The notes under the pieces are model-generated. The model was not told where the DNA came from and did no database searches. It worked only from the letters and a program-made list of their open reading frames with translations. From positions 25,606,001 through 25,670,000 of the forward strand of contig CM060731.1 of the NCBI GenBank assembly GCA_030704615.1: DNA of 64,000 bases, in the 5' to 3' direction. Origin of the DNA: Takakia lepidozioides (taxonomy: Eukaryota > Plantae > Bryophyta). A program made the position numbers and the translations under genes. Below are positions 39,501-52,277 of this stretch, piece after piece (positions within the stretch are counted from its first letter, which is position 1; each line of letters begins with the position of its first letter).

Positions 39501-40688
39501 TCTTACTACCAACGCCCCTGACAGAGGTAGGTTCTGTCCCTTTGTGTTCCGCTCAAACTGGGTCAATGGCCACAAGGCTTCGGCAAACAACGTCTTATGA
39601 GTACATTCTCTCCTTTCTTACTCATTGGATTCTTGAATACAACTTAAATCTATCATTGAAGGGTTTCAAGAACATATGCACGACACACATAGGCATCTAG
39701 GATGCAAACTAGACTAGATGCCACAAGGAAACTGGGAAGTCCACAAGTGCCCACCTGCTTGACAGCAAACAAGCCGGTGGGACCTTTCTCTAAGGGTAAT
39801 TTACTCTCCCAGTTGAGGAAGTCACCCGTGAGCAAGACCTCAGAGCCTTGACCCTTCCATGTGAATTCCACATCCTGTACCACCACTGCCCCACACCCCA
39901 TCACGCTTCCATCATCTTACTGTTATTATCCAACAATTCGTGCTAGTGTCCTATTGTCCAATCATCCCCAACCGTAAACATCTGAAATTGCATAACAAGT
40001 CTGCATTTGGCAACTGGGCCGTCCACAATTGAGCTTATTACGCCAACATTTTAGAATGTACTAGAAAAGTAGAACCACTTTCTTGCATCTATCTCATGTA
40101 TCCTGAATCATGAATCCTGCATCCCTGCAATTGGAAAAAGATATGGGACATTAATCCCGACACTGGCTGTGCTGCAAGAGAGATGCACGGGAAAGCGTGA
40201 CAGACTCATGTCATAGTCTAGGAATGAGTGAACACGTTCCGAAGAACATTTCTACTGTGCCTAATTCTGCAAGTTCGCAGCAAAATATTCAAATCCCCTC
40301 TTTGCACTTATCATCACGAAAGAGCGCCAGACCTTCTACTTATCAACGAATTATCTGACATTCGTAATTTAATCAGAAATGCAAACACTCATGAGCGATG
40401 GAATGACATACAAGTGGAGGTCCCGGATTCTTGACTGGCAATGACGACCATTCCATGAATTGAAGAGCATTGTCTTGAGAAACAAGGACTTTTACACTTC
40501 CGCCACAGGTACGAGCTTCTTCTACGAGATGTACCACTGAGGGGAATGCCATGAGAGAAAAATTCTTGCAGGGGAGAGACAAGTTGGCAACCAGAAGCGC
40601 ACTTGTGCAAATTAACACAAGTCACTGACGGAGGCAGCTGGCGAGCTGGAGCCATAGCCACTCCCAGGCAGTGACCTGCGCACGCCAT
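36518..40688 (-). CDS. Putative plastid CBM48 (AMPK-beta-type glucan-binding) + DUF2996/NdhV-like fusion protein, 6 exons, 362 aa
   Basis: Exons 40688-40412, 39885-39755, 38801-38681, 38154-37817, 37228-37156 and 36666-36518 are all GT-AG with phases 1,0,1,0,1 and total 1089 nt. Order: Ser/Arg-rich N-terminus; CBM48 (VEFTWKG..V.LTGDF.NW, LAPGKYMYKFIVDGQW, NNVIVV); Pro/Ala/Lys linker; DUF2996 (MEEDVIP, YSFWAFFPDG, STIEPFLID, VFWIRKRLFAQ). Confidence 0.85.
38990..39606 (+). mobile_element. LINE 3' fragment, copy D (longest copy; intron 2 of the CBM48-NdhV gene)
   Basis: ORF remnant KLRAGSLPLN..CPLCGQPEDNIHFLIHCP is a typical non-LTR C-terminal CCHC finger. It is followed by FLEDIWKTR and the shared 3' end. 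The 5' boundary is approximate. Confidence 0.85.
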
Positions 40689-41733
40689 CTCCGTCCTCCA
40701 ACCCTTCTACAACACTCACGCTCGCTCTCAGCCTAGCAATCCATTCGCAGGACTTGCGTGCCTACAAAGATTTTGCAACGTGAGAGAAAATTGCGCAGGC
40801 GTGCGTGATACCTGGGATGAATCCAGCGCTGAGATTTTGAAGCAAGACGAGTCCAGCGACAGTTCGTATCACAGTCCTACGTGCCGCTGGGTGGGTCTGG
40901 TACCAGTGGGTCTGGTAGCCCCGTTCTTGGTTCGGACCTATCCATATGTCCGTACCTCAGGCACGGGTAACCAAACTCATCCTCACGGAGGGCAGAGGGA
41001 CATTAGCTGCACTGCGTGCCAGTCCATAACGAGCACCGGACTTTCTCAAACTACAAACCAAAAGAACACAAAGCGGAGTATTCAGCTTCGAGTCCCTGTG
41101 GACGGTGATGACAACTACGTAGGTTTTGTTCGGAGATTCTCACACACATTTGCCTCCAGTTTCGTGTGGCAAGGTCGGGTGTCAGATCTTGACGGTACTT
41201 GAGAATCTACCCCGCCCCAGAATTGGTTGTAAGGGTTTGATTTGTTCTCCCTGCCAGAGTGATTGACCATCACTTTCCTCTTCTTGGTTCAATGCATAAT
41301 AGTCTTGCTTCCAAAAAGGATGGATCATCTTATTAGGGTTATCTAGAATTAGGCATCCGATTCAACTGACCCCACCATCTGACTTTGACCTCACATCTCA
41401 CCTTGAGCTCATCAAGACGAGAGCGAAGGGCGGTACGTCAAACTCGCCCCGCAGAGCTGCTGTAGCTGTTTGAGATTATGGAAACTGTGATATAGTGTCC
41501 TTAATTGCACAAGATTTGTGGCCAGATGAAGCAGAAGTTGAAGTTTTCTTGGACATTTGTCACGACAAGTATATGCAAGTCCAAGGAGGAAATTCCAGGA
41601 AGAAAGACTGACTGCAAACACGCTGACTGCAAGAATGGGTGGCATTCCGAAGGAAGGCAAGCAATGTATGAACAAAATGGTTGCCTCAAGTGGCTCTTGA
41701 TGCACAACTCATTTCCAAATGTAGGAGGACTCG

Positions 41734-44575
41734 ATGAAGATTGAACATGCAACTGTCGGCCATGGCAACAGTGCAATGGCAGAGATCGGCCATGGCAACA
41801 GTGCAATGGCAGAGATACAAGAAAGAAAACGTTGCGAGAGAGGAGTGACGATGGCGACCTGGCATCTCTGTAGGTGTCGTTTCAACGATTCGGCTTGCGT
41901 CTCCAAAATGAATCTCCCCACCCAACAGTGCTCAAGAATGAGCAGTAGGTAACTGAGCTATGGAAATCCCAAGACAAATCTCGAATCCCAGGTATGCTTC
42001 CTCTGTCTCTATTCTGAATAGAATAAGTGGCAAGTCCGAATTCTGTCTTCATGTCCCTGATTACGATATCCGGCGGAGGGATTAAGCTTGCGGTTGTCTA
42101 CCATGCAGAGCCGTGGTCTTTCAAGTCTGGAATGAGACCCAGCTGTTTGCTTGGCATCAATTGGCATCTGGTTGTATTAGCACGTCCACCATCAGTAGCC
42201 CTTATAATAGAGGCCGAAGACAAATTACAGAGGAGAAGAAAAGCAGCAAGGAAACTTGTGGAGCTAGTGGGGATATAAGTGCACCTTGCAAGGAGGGACG
42301 ATCCAAGGAGGCAATGTACATTTTGGATTCGACGGAGCACCGATACTTTCAGGCTACGTTCTCCAAGCTCCGTACCCGTCTCTTACAGGGTTGCTGTAAG
42401 GCGAGAGTTCTAGCCGAGGCCAAGGGAGTCCATGCCCACATCATTAAAAGCGGGCTACAGCCAAATATTTTCATAGGAAACAATCTTCTTAGCACGTATT
42501 TGAAGTGCGGGGGCGTTGTGGATGCCCGTCAAGTGTTTGAAAAAATGCCTGATCGGAACGTGATCACATGGAATACAATGATAGCAGGCCTAGCTCAGGA
42601 AGGGCATGATGTAGACGCATTCGAAATCTTTTGGCGAATGCAACGAGAAGGCGTGAATGCAGACAAGGTCACTTTCATTAGCATCCTGAATGCATGCGCC
42701 GGCCCAGATACTCTGAGACTGGGCAGCCGGGTCCATGCAGACATTATCATGGCTGGATTTGAGTCCGATGTCCGAGTGGCGACTGCCCTTGTCAGCATGT
42801 ATTGCAAGTGCGGAAGTGTGGTGGATGCGTGCCGTGTGTTTGCCAAAATGCCCGAGCGAAATATTGTCTCATGGAATGCCATGATTGCAGGACTTCCTGG
42901 GGAAGGTCATGTCCAAGAGGCTTTTGATCTTTTCAGCCTAATGCAACGAGAAGGCATGAAGCCCAACAAGGCTACTTTCATTAGCATCCTCAATGCTTGT
43001 GTCACTCCATCAGCTCTGGAAGAAGGCAAGCAGGTTCATGAGAGCATCATGTATGCTGGACTGGAGTCAGATGTCCATGTGGGGACTGCCCTTGTCTACA
43101 TGTATTGTAAGTGTGGGAGCCTGGCAGATGCGCGCAGAGTGCTCTCAAAAATGCCTGAACGGAATGTGGTCTCTTGGACTGCAATGATTGCTGGACTCGC
43201 CAAGCAAGGGCATGCCGAAGAGGCTTTTCAACTCTTTTGGCAAATGCAGTGGGAAGATATACAGCCAAACAAGGTTACTTTCATTAGCATCCTCAATGCA
43301 TGTGCCATCCCAGCAGCTCTGGAACAGGGCAAGCTGCTCCATGCTGGCATCATCAAAGCTGGAGTTGAGGCAGATGTCCAAGTGGGAAATGCCCTTGTCA
43401 GCATGTATTGCAAGTGCGGTAGTGTTCTGGACGCTCACAGATTTTTCTTAAAAATGCCTGAACGAAATGTGGTCTCATGGAATGCAATGATTGCAGGATT
43501 TGCTCAGACAGGCCATGGTGGACAGGCATTTGAAGTATTCCGCCAAATGCAACAAGTGGGAGTGAAGGCAGACAAGGTCACTTTTATTAGCATCCTCAGT
43601 ACATGCTCCAGCCCAGCAGATCTGGAAAAGGGCAAGCAGTTTCATATGGGCATAATCAATGCTGGATTTGAGTTTGATCTCCGGGTGAGCAATGCCCTTG
43701 TCAGAATGTATTGCAAGTGCAGCATGGTGGATGCGGAGAGAGTATTCTTGAAAATGCCTGAACGAGATGTGGTCTCCTGGAATACGATGATTGTAGGACT
43801 TTCTCAAGAAGGGCATGTTGCAGAAGCTATTGAATTAGTCCATCAAATGCAACAAGAAGGCGTGAAGCCTGATAAAATCACATTCATCAGCCTCCTCAAT
43901 GTGTGTACCAGCCTAGCAGCTCTGGGAAAGGGCAAGTGGGTGCATTCCCACATCGTCAAAGCTGGATTTGAGTCAGATGTCAGGGTGGGCACTGCCCTTG
44001 CTACCATGTATTGCAAGTGTGGGAGTCTGGAGGATGCGCACAAAGCCTTTGTCAAAATGTCTGGACGGAATGTAATCTCGTGGAATACAATGATTATAGG
44101 ATGTGCCCAGCATGGGCGTTGCGATGAGGCGCTTCAACTCTTTGAACAAATGCAAGTGGAACAGGTCAAGCCAAATGAGGTGACATTCATTGGTGTTCTC
44201 TCTGCATGTAGCCATGTGGGCCTAGTGGATGAAGGCCACCATTATTTCCTTTCCATGAGTCAAGATCATAGCATTATACCAACAGAACACCACTACAGCT
44301 GTATGGTTGACCTTCTCGGCCGCGCAGGGCACTTGGATGAGGCACAGGAGCTCATCTACAAAATGCCCTTTGAACCAGATGCTCCAGTGTGGGGGGCATT
44401 GCTTGGTGCCTGCAGACTCCATGGTAATTTGGAATTAGCAGAACATGCTGCAGAATGTATCCTCAGATCTGAACCACAAAACACTGGAGTCTATGTGCTG
44501 CTTTCCAACATATATTCACTGGCTGGCAGGTGGGATGATGTAGCAAAGGTGAAAAAAGCAATGGAGCACGTGTAA
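41734..44575 (+). CDS. PLS-class pentatricopeptide repeat protein, E subclass without DYW; probable organellar RNA-editing specificity factor
   Basis: Probable exon 1 runs from ATG 41734 or 41851 to 41948, then intron 41949-42108 (GT..AG, phase 2 fits) and exon 2 at 42109-44575. Repeated L-S-P triplets are followed by P2-L2-S2, E1 and E2 (VWGALLGACRLHGN, YVLLSNIYS.AGRW) and then a stop. Confidence 0.92.
41756..41817. repeat. 30-bp tandem duplication at the PPR 5' end
   Basis: tcggccatggcaacagtgcaatggcagaga occurs twice. Confidence 0.9.
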
Positions 44576-44955
44576 ACTATTGGGCTCTGATGGTGATGTG
44601 TGTTAATTGGTGAGGGTGAGATTATGGACAGATGCATTGGAGATGGGTGCTTGGATTGTTAAATTGAATGTGAATGTGAGTTCTGATTTACTTCTATGAC
44701 TCTGCATCTTATGCAATGAGCTGCAATTTGTTAGACTCTCCAAATTCCCCACAGAATCAAACAAGGAGTGCCGTGAGATGACAACCAATGGAGTTTAACC
44801 CAACACCCTAAACAAATTCAGAGGGCCATGAACCCACAGAAACAGGCAGGATTGGGCTCCACAAGTCTCATGGACAAAAAGATATCAGCCAAGCTTAATG
44901 GAAATCTTTGCCTGCACCAGATTTGACAAGAACTGTTAAACTGGGATGCACTTCA

Positions 44956-47071
44956 CTATTGGATAAATCGCAGCTCAATTGCACGGTCAAGGCAGAACTC
45001 CCCTTGCTTCTCACGCAAAGCACGTAGTGCCTCCAACTCAGAGATGAACTTGACTATTGCTCTCCGTTCAACTGCAGCTGGAGTCAAAGGGCTGTTCCCT
45101 CTTCTGAAAAAAGCTTCCCTCGGCCTGCATGAATAGCTCAAGTCAGCACAAATATAGATCCAGATATTCGGTGTGGAAGAGAGAAGCAAAGCGGGTAGAG
45201 AGAGGGGCATGCAGCTCAGAGAAAGATAGTTTTGACAACTAAAAAACCTGCAGTATAAAAACTAGGTGATAATTTAGTTACACTAGTCCCACCTCATCGT
45301 CATGGCACTGTAAGGGGCATCAGCCTTGAAAATTTACAGCAACTGACGTGAATTAATAGCAGGCAGCCTTAGCAATAAAGCAGTGACCTGGGCACAAACC
45401 AGTAAGAGAAAAGAGGCAATGACAAAAAAGACCAAGATGCCTACTTGTCTAGCATGAGGATTTTGTCTGGGTTTTGTCCCATGGACAAAAGGCAAGAAAA
45501 AATGAGGGCCCAATAGCAGGGAGCTTTACACTCTCAAAAACTTGGGCGAGTAGGGGGCAAGGTTGTAGCCCTGGAAGAAGCGCTCTACGTCTTCGCTCGT
45601 CACATCAGTGGGGAGCTGCATCATCAGTAGCTGCCAACCAACCCCACTTGCATTGAATGCTTGAATACATTAATTTGTGTCATGAAGCTAGATCACTGAT
45701 CCACCAATCTTCCTTGAGGGCGGCTGCTCACAGGCCCACCTCCTGGTGGTCATCACTATCTCACTCACTTTCTAGTAAAACATTTGCATACGAACCTTCA
45801 CATGCCAGTAAGAATGACACAGTGAAATTAAACTTCTTAAAAGCACTCCTCCTGCTTGAGACAGCACAGGCCAAGCCACATGGTACCTCACCAGTCAGTA
45901 GCTATCTGAGTTTAAGTGATTCCCTACAAAGAAGTGTGGTCACGTAAACTAAGCCACTTGCTTACCGATTGACTTCGAAAATCTCTCACACTCGTATGGA
46001 CGTCATCCATATCTGACCTTACATCCTGTATCACAACACCCACACATACTGTCACAACGCTGACATTGCATTAAATTCCCGGTTCTCGCGCAAAATACCA
46101 ATTTTTCCTTCTACTCTTAGTTTGGAGTATGCTGATACTACATAAACCCTTAGTGCTGCCTTACCAAGTCAAGCTTCATGAAGCGGCTACCCAGGCGCCC
46201 CTTGCGCACCAGAACTCGTTGAGCAAGCCGGAAGTTTTCCATGGAGTCAAACTCTAGTTGCCTGCTCATCCAGCCCACCCCTGACATCTTCTTTAAAAGC
46301 TGTTAATAGAGAGTTCAACAACGGTCCTTTCCCATAAGATGGACAATCAGAGAATGACTTTCTTAAAATTGAAGCGCTATGAATCCACAAGCACTGATAC
46401 CCAAGACTCGTGGCGCTTTCATCTTTATAGTTGAATTGAAAAGGGAACGGAACTATTTCAAGACACTCACAGAAACTTCTGGCGATACTTTTCATCGTAG
46501 ATGGTGATCACTTTCTCGGGCTTCAAGTTACAACCCTCAAAGAACCAAAGAAGATCCGACTTAAATGCATATTTTGGCGCGTTCGACAACCGAGCGTATA
46601 TCTTCTCTGGCCAATATATCATGCAACACCAAGTCAGATTCACTGTAACCATTTACACACTACCCTCAAGTTTCAACACTCTGTTTAGACCCTCAGACCA
46701 GAAAAATTCTCTGCCCTAAGATGCTCACTGAGTGAATTTCTAAGTGGCATGCCATATCCAATGCTTCCTCATCCGCCCAGATGCTCTCATTACACAAAAA
46801 TGTACATAGAGGAAACCCTACTTGTTGGAACTGGACCCGCCGAGGGTGATGCCATTGAAGTTTCGGAGTCCACATGCGGAAGCCCTAGATTGGTGGGTGA
46901 TTCACCATTGCTGCTCAGATTGGAAACTTGATTACCACCAATCTCACTACCTGCAAGGACGTCAGTGGTGAGCGCGCAGAACCCCGGAGGAGCATTGCAC
47001 GTTTTGTGTAGCTGCAGCCCCCTGGATCTCTGGCCCCGCCCAAGACCCAACGCTGCCCGCGCAATCCACAT
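44956..47071 (-). CDS. Organelle-targeted protein with two degenerate RRM-like domains (resembles the Arabidopsis At5g02740-type family)
   Basis: Phase-consistent exons: 46606-46471 (IYARLSNAPKYAFKSDLLWFFEGCNL), 46261-46165 (QLEFDSMENFRLA), 46025-45966, 45630-45530 (LPTDVTSEDVERFFQGY) and 45124-44956 (AIVKFISELEALRALREKQGEFCLDRAIELRFIQ*). The first exon(s) from ATG 47071 are less certain. Confidence 0.72.
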
Positions 47072-48151
47072 CTCGCTCCCACTCAGCTCTCCACGCAACC
47101 ACGATGGAGGCCTTCCGCAGACTCCGAGGCAGCCTTCCTTCACAGGCAGCAGCCTGGGTTTTGCTGATGACTCCCCTAGCGAATTCCTCTAAAACTAGAT
47201 GAACGATTCCCAAACATTCATCTTAACAAGAGACGGCATCTACAGTATGCATATATTTGTCGTGGTAAATGTGGACAAGAAAATTTCAGGATGTTGAGGA
47301 TCTGAGCTAGATAGCAGGAGAATCTCACTTTTCTTTAAGGAATGATACAAAATCAGGAGTGTTTGAGTAGATAGTCCACATGGATTGATGGACAGACATT
47401 TTCTGCTCGAGTGCTTCCTCATGGAGAGGCTGCCAGATCTCCCCCTTTATGCTTCAAGGTCTCGTCAATCTAGATAATTGCAGGTGTCATCTCCCATCTT
47501 CCTACAAAATAATGCTTTCATTTTGGATGTCGTGCATGAAATGCAACTCCAAGCTGGTCCTGAGATTTGTGAGTGAATTGTGACCGAGATTCAAGTGAAT
47601 TGATTTTGAGCTGATCATTCATCGTACACTGCAAAACCATCTCACAAGTGTGGAAATGGTTGTAGACCACTCAAGCAACTCAAACCGGAAACATGGTAGA
47701 TGCCAACTGGTACAACTCGCTTGTTGTTCATTTCCAGGGAGGAAGCGAAAGATTTATGTGCATGACTGGGGGACGGGGTCATTGAACCCTTTCTTGGTTC
47801 CACCCTGTGGCGCTGGGAGATTTAAGTAGGACGAAGCATGTCCGTTCTATGAGATATCATTTATCTTAGTTTACAGGTCTTTCAGCCGCAGAAAGCACCT
47901 GTGCAAAGGTGTTCCCCTTTGGAAAAAATTGACGGCCCAACAGAGGGCTTACAGAACCGTCTGAATCATTCAGAGTTTCTAGTGTAAACCGTGGGTGGGT
48001 TCATCAAATCTCTTGAAAACAAAAACAAGAAAGATGTCTTGTCCCTGGTGTGTGTCCCGGGACAGACAATGTACAGGGCTCTTGGCAGCACAGCCCTAAC
48101 AAACACCTTCCAGCCCTAGTTTGTTACAATGGCTGTGCTTTGCTAGGGACG

Positions 48152-51100
48152 ATGGCAGTTGCGCGTTCTCGATCCAACCTGTCTCTACGTCTTCTTCACC
48201 GTCTTTCCCAGTGCTCCCTTTCCTCGGGCATCCCTCTCACTGATTGTTTGCTTCAGCATTCAGGAGAAATTTCGCCTGGGAAAAGGTTTAGCACTTCAAG
48301 ATCGGGTGTTCCCCGATTGCTATCAGCAATTTTGGGCGGTGCTCATCCTCTGAACTCCTATTCCAATAATTTGCAAGTCCTTCGGCATTTTTCACCCTAC
48401 GAGAGCTGGATTAAGGACAGATGCACATCGAGAGAAAACCTCCAGCTTACTAGAGGTTCTCTACTTCTAATTGAGATAGACACTGAGTCTAGCATATTGC
48501 AAGACACTGAGAGCTACAAGGAGGACATAGAACGATATGGATTGGGAAGAATTAGGAAGGATTATGAGAAGGTGGTGTCGACGGCTTCCTGCAACCGAAG
48601 ACTGTCGTTTTCAACAGCAAGCAATGCCAAGGTGTCTGTGGAATCAGAAGAAGATATGCCCAATAGTGGGAAGAGGGAGGGGCCAGAGAGAGTGGAGGGA
48701 GGGGCTGGGGTAGGGAGTGTCACGTGGATTGAGAGACTTCTGCCAAAACAGCTTCAGCCTTTTGCTCATCTGGCTCGTCTGGATAAGCCTATTGGCACTT
48801 GGCTCCTCGCTTGGCCATGTTTCTGGTATTCACCCCTTTCGCCGCCCTCCTTTCTCCTGGAAATGCCCCATTTCCCACTCTCGCTCCATCTGAAGGACAC
48901 ACTAATACGTCCGCCGTGATTACCTTTCAGAAAAAGTATGCATGCCACTGTTTGTACGAGCAAGAGAAGGAGAGGGATCGAGAGGAGATAGAAAGACAGA
49001 CATGAGAATTAGAATGCTTTGATCTCACTCACTGTAGTCATTGCCACTACAGGTCTATATCCCTAGCATCTCCAGCCGGTAGTCTGCCCGACTTTGAAAT
49101 GCTGGCATTATTTGGCCTTGGTGCTATCCTTTTGAGAGGTGCTGGCTGCACTGTGAATGATTTACTGGATCGTGACATCGACGGAAGGGTGAACATCTTC
49201 ATCTTGGCTTTCCCATTATATGAATTTGAATGAGGGTTCTCCTTGATATAATTGTCAAGATTGTATTCTATGCAAAGCAAGGTGTGCTCTCAGTACAACT
49301 GTTAGAGCACCGAGCAGGTGATTGCCCCTGAATTCATTGTTGTTTTTAGAAGATTTTGGGCTCCAATCTGTAGATAGGTGTTTTATTTACCTGTGATTGA
49401 ACATGTTGAACCATGTTGAACACTCTGCTCAATTCTAATAACCACACTTGTGAGGTAAAAAACTAACATTGAAACATTTGTCATGTTTGGAAAGATTGAG
49501 AGGACAAAGCTGCGGCCAATTGTGTCAGGAGCGTTAACACCTTTCCAAGGATTGAGCTTTCTGGGCTTTCAGCTGCTGCTGGGGTTAGGGGTCTTGCTTC
49601 AACTAAACAATTTCAGGCAAGCATGTCATGTTTCCTTCCATCTCAAAGTTGTGTCCACTGTCTATCTCGTGCTTTCTGTTTAAGCTCAGCTTTTATCAGT
49701 TTATCTGTTGAACAGCTTCTCCCTCTCTCTCTCTCTGTGGCTCACCAAAACTGACCTCAAGATCTCTCGTAACAAGGCTATGGCAATTATTACATCATCT
49801 CTCTCACTCCCTCTTTTTCTCAGTACATAATTGCCTGCAGCTGGTGCCTGATATCAAGTATTGGCTGTGACCAATGTCTTGCAGCAATGCCTAAATCACC
49901 ATTTTGCAGTTGCAAGGGGACTTCATATGGCCAAGTTTCTTGCTTGCCGCTTCTTTTCCTTCACTATTGCAAGTAGTTGGAAACGCTTTAGCATATTTAG
50001 AATCTGAATTCCTATAATCAGAAATGTGCTGGTTCAAGGGGTGCATTTGCCTTTCTCTGGGGAAGGGTTGTGACTACAGTTGTGACTTATACCAGGGCCC
50101 TCTAGGTAACATGTTTCTTGGCGTGTTCATTTTATGTGCAGTCGTGTGTTGGGAGCTTCTTCACTGCTGTTGGTGGGTACATACCCCCTAATGAAGCGGT
50201 GGACTTTCTGGGTAATCTTCTCACTCAATCTAGCTTCACTTTCAAATCTCCAACTGAGTACTTCCCCATTGTCTTGGAGGCAATCTTTCCATGAGGTTTG
50301 TCCTACACTGGAGAAACTTCTTTGTTGCTTCGGTTTCCAGCTAGACTACTACTCAGTGAGGTCCTGTGTGGGAATGGCAGCCGCAAGCGTTCTTGGGCTT
50401 GACATTCAATTGGGGCGCACTGCTGGGGTGGGCAGCTGTGCAAGGGAGCCTGGATCCTTCTGTTGTTCTTCCCCTTTATTTCTCAGGTGTCTGCTGGACC
50501 CTTGTTTATGACACCATCTATGCTCATCAAGATAAGGATGACGACATCAAGGTTGGTGTGAAGTCAACGGCCCTTCGCTTTGGACAGCACACCCAACCAT
50601 GGCTCACTGGTTTCAGCACTGCATGTATTGGTGGTCTCAGCCTTGCTGGGTACAATGCGGAATTGGGTACTTTCTCTCATAAAACTTGTTTTGGAGGTGG
50701 TTGGGCCGAATGCAAGCATATTCAGAAAATAAGGGCTTATGTGTTGGATTCTTCTGTGGTGAACAGGATGGCCTTTCTATGTTGGCGTTGCAGCAACTGC
50801 AGGCCACTTGGCATGGCAAGTGTCAACGGTCAACATACACAACCCTGCTGATTGTAGCTCCAAGTAAGTACTGGTATATGCATGTCTCTCTTTTATTCTA
50901 CTATGATGGGCCCTCAGAGCCTCTACTTGGTTGTTATATAGTTTTCATTCTCTCTTTTGCAAGGAATGGAGAGACCAACCAATCAACCGAAACCACAACA
51001 AACACCTAAATCCAAGAACCTAGATCACGACCTTTGCAAGACCAATGACCAAGTGTAAGCAGACCATGAAAAAGTGTTCAAGCAAACCATCTACCAAGGA

Positions 51101-51651
51101 GAATCAGCTTACAAGGCATCATCAGTTAGCCTGCACATGGATGTTGAGGGCGACTAAGGAACTTACTAGGCAACTTAGACAAAGCTTACATGACCAGCCA
51201 GCAACAGATTACGCCTAGAATCCAAGGGATGGGCAGAGAGTAGCCAGGAAAACAAGCTTCATGCTGTTCCAAGTGCAGCAAACTCCAGCACTAAAATGTT
51301 TTAGTTGCATACTACTACAGCCTAACAGTAGATGTACTAAACAGCAATGCTTCTACAAGCATGCTGTAGGATTTTACCAACTGTGGTTGAAGATAGTTTT
51401 CTCTCTCCTTTCCAACTTCTGGCTTTCCAATTGCCCCAGGCTATGGCCATGTTCCTTTTTAAGTACATCTTTTTTACCCCCATGGTATAAACTCACAGCG
51501 ACATACGTGTCACAGGCATGTTAATGTAGAAGTTAAAGTTGTGCTATCCAAGTGACTGCTCCCAGTTGGCTGTTTTGGCAGGTTTGTGTCCAACAAGTGG
51601 TTAGGAGCGCTGGTGTTCAGTGGGATTCTCCTTGGAAAGCTTGCTAGTTGA
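48152..51651 (+). CDS. COQ2: 4-hydroxybenzoate polyprenyltransferase (UbiA family, mitochondrial), 7 exons, ~484 aa
   Basis: Exons 48152-48825, 49053-49188, 49495-49616 (GC donor), 50142-50211, 50381-50666, 50767-50863 and 51582-51651, with consistent phases. Motifs [61 protein letters not shown]. The plant name is PPT1. Confidence 0.93.
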
Positions 51652-52277
51652 GGATGATTGTTATAGCCTGTTCGTCCCATGACTGCATCTATGGATGGAT
51701 TCATGTGAAAACACCAGAAAGTATCTCGTCCAAAGCTTCCACCAGAGCCTCAGGTTACCTAGCACAGGACAAGACATACAACTGCCGAAGAGTGGTGCTG
51801 CAGTGGATCCATGTTATTAGCGAAGCTGTCACTGCTACTAGAGAGTTGTATTGTCGTGGGAACATGACCATTTGTCAGGGTTTCTAGACCCCTGTAGCAA
51901 ACATACTACCAGAACTGCGAATGAAGTATCTTAAGAAAATCTGCACGCACCCGTCTCCCAAGCGAACAAATTTATTTTCATTAGCATCCTAAATTCATTT
52001 ATAGAAATCCAAACATACCACAAATCATGGCGATCCCACAGTAGTTAATGGTTGAAAGGGCACCTGAGTGCTGAGCTACTTTTATCTTGGTAGTTATGTT
52101 TTCCAGTTCTCATGGATGCAACTTCTGATGTTGGTGCAAAGAACAACTTTCTTGGATGGCATGGTTGGCTCAGACTATAATCTCCTGTTATCGACATCTT
52201 TTAGGTTTAGGCAGCTTACTTGCTCAGGCAGCCCTGATATTTCGACTCTTGATACACGTCTTCTCTCTCCTCCCCTA

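Noticed and set aside
39510-39612. Possible hammerhead ribozyme in the repeated element (CTTATGAG, GCAAAC)
   Set aside because: There is no CUGANGA and GAAA core in the right order with stems. The sequence is better explained as a LINE 3' end.
42595-44422. Many antisense ORFs over the PPR gene
   Set aside because: They are shadows of the repetitive PPR coding strand.
44640-44665. GGGTGCTTGGATTG as a remnant of the PPR PG-box (GCSWI)
   Set aside because: It needs a frameshift, lies ~70 nt past the stop and no DYW motifs follow.
36518-51651. Run of four organelle-targeted genes as a functional cluster
   Set aside because: They share no pathway, and the proximity is explained by a compact gene island.
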